From positions 43,276,001 through 43,340,000 of the forward strand of contig CM022665.1 in assembly GCA_012295275.1 (NCBI GenBank): a stretch of 64,000 nucleotides of DNA, written 5' to 3'. The translations under genes and the position numbers were made by a program. Numbering within the stretch: position 1 is the first letter of the stretch; the number at the start of each line of letters is the position of its first letter. Under the pieces are notes generated by a model that made no database searches, was not told the origin of the DNA, and saw only the letters and a list, made by a program, of their open reading frames with translations. This DNA comes from Chrysomallon squamiferum (taxonomy: Eukaryota > Animalia > Mollusca). This document shows, piece by piece, positions 61,001 through 64,000 of this stretch.

Positions 61001-62750
61001 AAGATACAGTGAAGGCTTTTCGCACATTCTACAAACGACCCTACTTCTTTCCTCCAGCTGTGCAGCTGAGCTTGAGCAGCTGGCTCCTCATATCATCAAA
61101 CTACACTGGAAGAATGACAAAAAGGGTAAACTGGTTTCAAATACATCACAATAAAATAACTAATTCATGTGGATGCATGGAAATTCCACGTTTTTCTTCC
61201 TTTTCTTATAGACTAAGTATTTGATAACTTTTTAATAACGTTCTCAATTTTATAGGTTTTTTTTTTATCACAAAAAGAATACTCTAATTTTAAAATATCA
61301 GAATAAAATAACAAATTTGATACATAGAGATTCATTTTTTATAAAAAAAATTATAGATGAAGCTATAGTAACATTTTTTTATAAGGTACTGAGTTTTATA
61401 AGTGCTTGTTTATTTATTTATTTTTTTTATAAAGATTTCAGCAAAATAATTATTTGCAAGCAAACAAAAAGCACAATCAATTTGTATAAATTATAATTTA
61501 ATTTTTTAACATGGGAACATAATGACTGGGGTAGATTTATTTCTGAACATCATTATTTATGAATGAATGAATGAAGATTTGATTCTTCATACCTCAAACC
61601 AGTTCCTCAAACCAGTTCTCTAACATTTGTTTGATCACTGGATTTTATTTTTAAAGGCTGAACACTGCATTTTGATTTTAAATCTTTTTAATAAATTAAT
61701 AAAATTTTTTTGACATATCGGATCACTGAACACTATGCCCCATTTTCATGTTTCATTTCTAGTATATTTTATTTTATAAATGAACACTTTTTAGGTTTAA
61801 AAATCTGTTTAGAAACATAATATCATATTTTTTTTATTTTCTTGTGGATAGTTCAGGTGAGGTTACACATACATTGTTTTATTTTCAAAAAAGAAATCCA
61901 AGGCAAAGACTTCTTTCTGCAATGATGTATTTAAATAAAAACATGGAAACTTTTCAGTAATCTATTTACTAGTACAGAAATGTCATTTGCACTGTTACAA
62001 CTGAAAAACCAAACTGAATTATCAAATTAACTGTCCTATCAGTGACAAACGTTAAAGCTATTTATTCTCTTATTGATTTTTTTTTTTTTAAATCTGTATC
62101 AGCTGAACATGACTCTGCCTATGAATGCTCTAGCTCAAGTGACTGGTAAAATTGAGGTTTTTGTTCAGCCTAGAGATCCTTGTACAAAAATCTGCAGCAG
62201 TCTGGGTACAGTGCTTCGAGCAGGCGAGATTTGTAAGTCACTTTGAGTTTTTCAGTATATTAAATATAAATGAAAATTTCTTGAAGTAAAATGTACTAAA
62301 AATTCAAATATACTTTAATAAATTCCTGAACACGTATGTGTTATGTGTGTAAGAAAACAAAGAAAATCGTTGCATTATTCAGATATTATACAAGATGTAT
62401 AATACAGTTCTGTAACTGATATCTATTTATATATCCAAATATAAATGATTACTGCTTGATTAAAATGATTAAAAATAATATAAAAAATAGAATATTTACA
62501 AAAAATAAATATGATTTTTTTTTATAAGCTAATAAATGAAATGAGTGATAATTACTCAATTCAAATTTATGGAGATTTAAAAAAAAAAAAAAAAAAAAAA
62601 AAATTCCAATATTAAAACACTAATAAATTTAATAATAATAAAAAATTCTTGTTTTCAGTGGTTACAACAGACTTCTTGTGGTCTTTGAATTACTTGCCCA
62701 TTGGTGCAAACTACAGTGTTACCATAGGCATTGAAGGAGAGTTTGACTAG
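58091..62750 (+). CDS. C6orf89/BRAP-like single-pass membrane protein with a C-terminal cupin/JmjC-like domain, 7 exons, 349 aa
   Basis: Exons: 58091-58387, 59138-59236, 59695-59850, 60337-60473, 60987-61125, 62103-62232, 62659-62750 (TAG). All GT-AG, phases consistent, total 1050 nt. TM segment LIWMAVFVAVAATLFYV, followed by ILPLWDWT..ECLIDNP..DCQICEGV, NISADTFVKNYLQRDIPVIIEDGTENWP (JmjC-family N-terminal 'F...Y....PV.I.....W'), HWENC, FYKRPYFFP, AQVTG..V.P..PC...C and LRAGEILV. This layout fits the C6orf89 family as I recall it. The gene model is firm; the family assignment is moderate. Confidence 0.8.
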
Positions 62751-63089
62751 CAGTAGAAGCTTCACCACTTAATAATCATCCAAACAAAACATCATTAGTG
62801 ATAGCAGTTTCACATAAATCCTGTTTACACTATCAATCCTTTGGTGTCGATAATTGTTTATTCATTCCATCAAACTTTTTCAGTATAAATATTCGATATG
62901 GGTAACTTGTATGCACCAGTTTGTGAATGAAAAAAATTAATATGCTAATGACAGTACGTGTACGAAAGGTTACGTTGTTAGCTCAAGTATATATATGTAT
63001 GTATCAGAAATCAAGACCAATCAGAAGACTGTTTGAAGTCACATGAATTATTTTTAACCAATCACTGGGAATCTTTCATTGTATGATTT

Positions 63090-63095
63090 AATAAA
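63090..63095 (+). terminator. Candidate polyadenylation signal of the C6orf89-like gene
   Basis: The first AATAAA I found after the stop at 62750; a second is near 63190. The hexamer is common by chance in such AT-rich DNA. Confidence 0.35.
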
Positions 63096-64000
63096 TATAT
63101 TGAAATGAAGTTTAATGACAACACAAAATATTGATCAGTAGACGTTAAACTGTAAACAAAAGTTTGATAATATAAACAGAATCTTATCTAATAAATTATT
63201 GATAGGAATATTATGAAGTCTTTGTATAATGCATTTGTGTGTAAAGTCATTGTTTTGATTAGTTAAATTACTGATTGTTGTTAATATTTTTTATTTTCTT
63301 TAGTATTCACTTTGTCCAGATTTAGAAATCCATTTGTTAAGTTTTTGAATCTCATGTTTACATTATTTTTATTTAATTAAATATGTTGTATCTCATTTTG
63401 TCAGGGTTTATAAAAAGGTAAACATGAACATACTGTTTGTTGTTTTTTAAATAATTTATTAAATATGAAATTTATAAAATAAAATAATGCTGATGAAAAA
63501 AGCCAATATATATATATATTTTTTTGGCCCGATATTTAAACTAGGTCCATCAGAGTTTAATTGTTATTAAAAAAATTTACTTATGGTTATATTAACCTAA
63601 ACTAGCCCCCCTCCCATCAACAGTTTACAACAGTGTAAAAGTCCTTTGTTTCTAATCCTTGGAAAAAAATATAAATTTGGCCAAACATTCAATTTTCAAA
63701 AAGCTTGCATTTGGGAGTTATTTTAATCTGGAGTTACTTCCCCTCACAGTTTACAAAGTTGTGTTGAAAAATCTCATCATTTCCAGTCCTTGGGGAAAAA
63801 AAGACAAAGACACTTGAACCATGCATGGTTTATTAACAATATTTTAAACAAGATTCATTTGCGTCAGACAACATGTCAGAGTATGATGACTAAACAATGA
63901 AATAAATAACTAAATGTGTATATATGAATCCCCTGTGTATATATGTGTGTGTGTATACATACATATATATTTATATATATATAAACACATACACATTTAC

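Overview
Very AT-rich, microsatellite-laden eukaryotic DNA with GT-AG spliceosomal introns. It looks like an invertebrate, probably a mollusc, but that is inferred from gene content and repeat style only. I reconstructed three protein-coding genes by hand with phase-consistent splice sites. (1) The 5' part of a minus-strand klarsicht-like spectrin-repeat gene: four coding exons at 4435-7531, continuing off the left edge, with a ~29 kb 5' region and a CCAAT/CpG promoter near 37.0-37.1 kb. (2) A complete 16-exon DDX52/ROK1 DEAD-box helicase gene (minus strand, 50120-57955, 670 aa). (3) A complete 7-exon C6orf89/BRAP-like membrane-anchored cupin/JmjC-like gene (plus strand, 58091-62750, 349 aa), head-to-head with DDX52 with only 135 bp between start codons. 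Also present are a decayed hAT transposase (~20.7-21.9 kb), several minisatellites and many microsatellites. Nearly all other ORFs in the track are low-complexity artefacts. The most interesting signals are a CpG-rich candidate internal promoter/alternative first exon at ~700-900, a decayed tandem duplication of an exon 3' end plus its splice donor, sharp CpG-rich/CpG-poor domain boundaries that track gene bodies, and apparent loss of the JmjC metal ligands in the C6orf89-like protein. I see no convincing evidence of a wholly new biological system.
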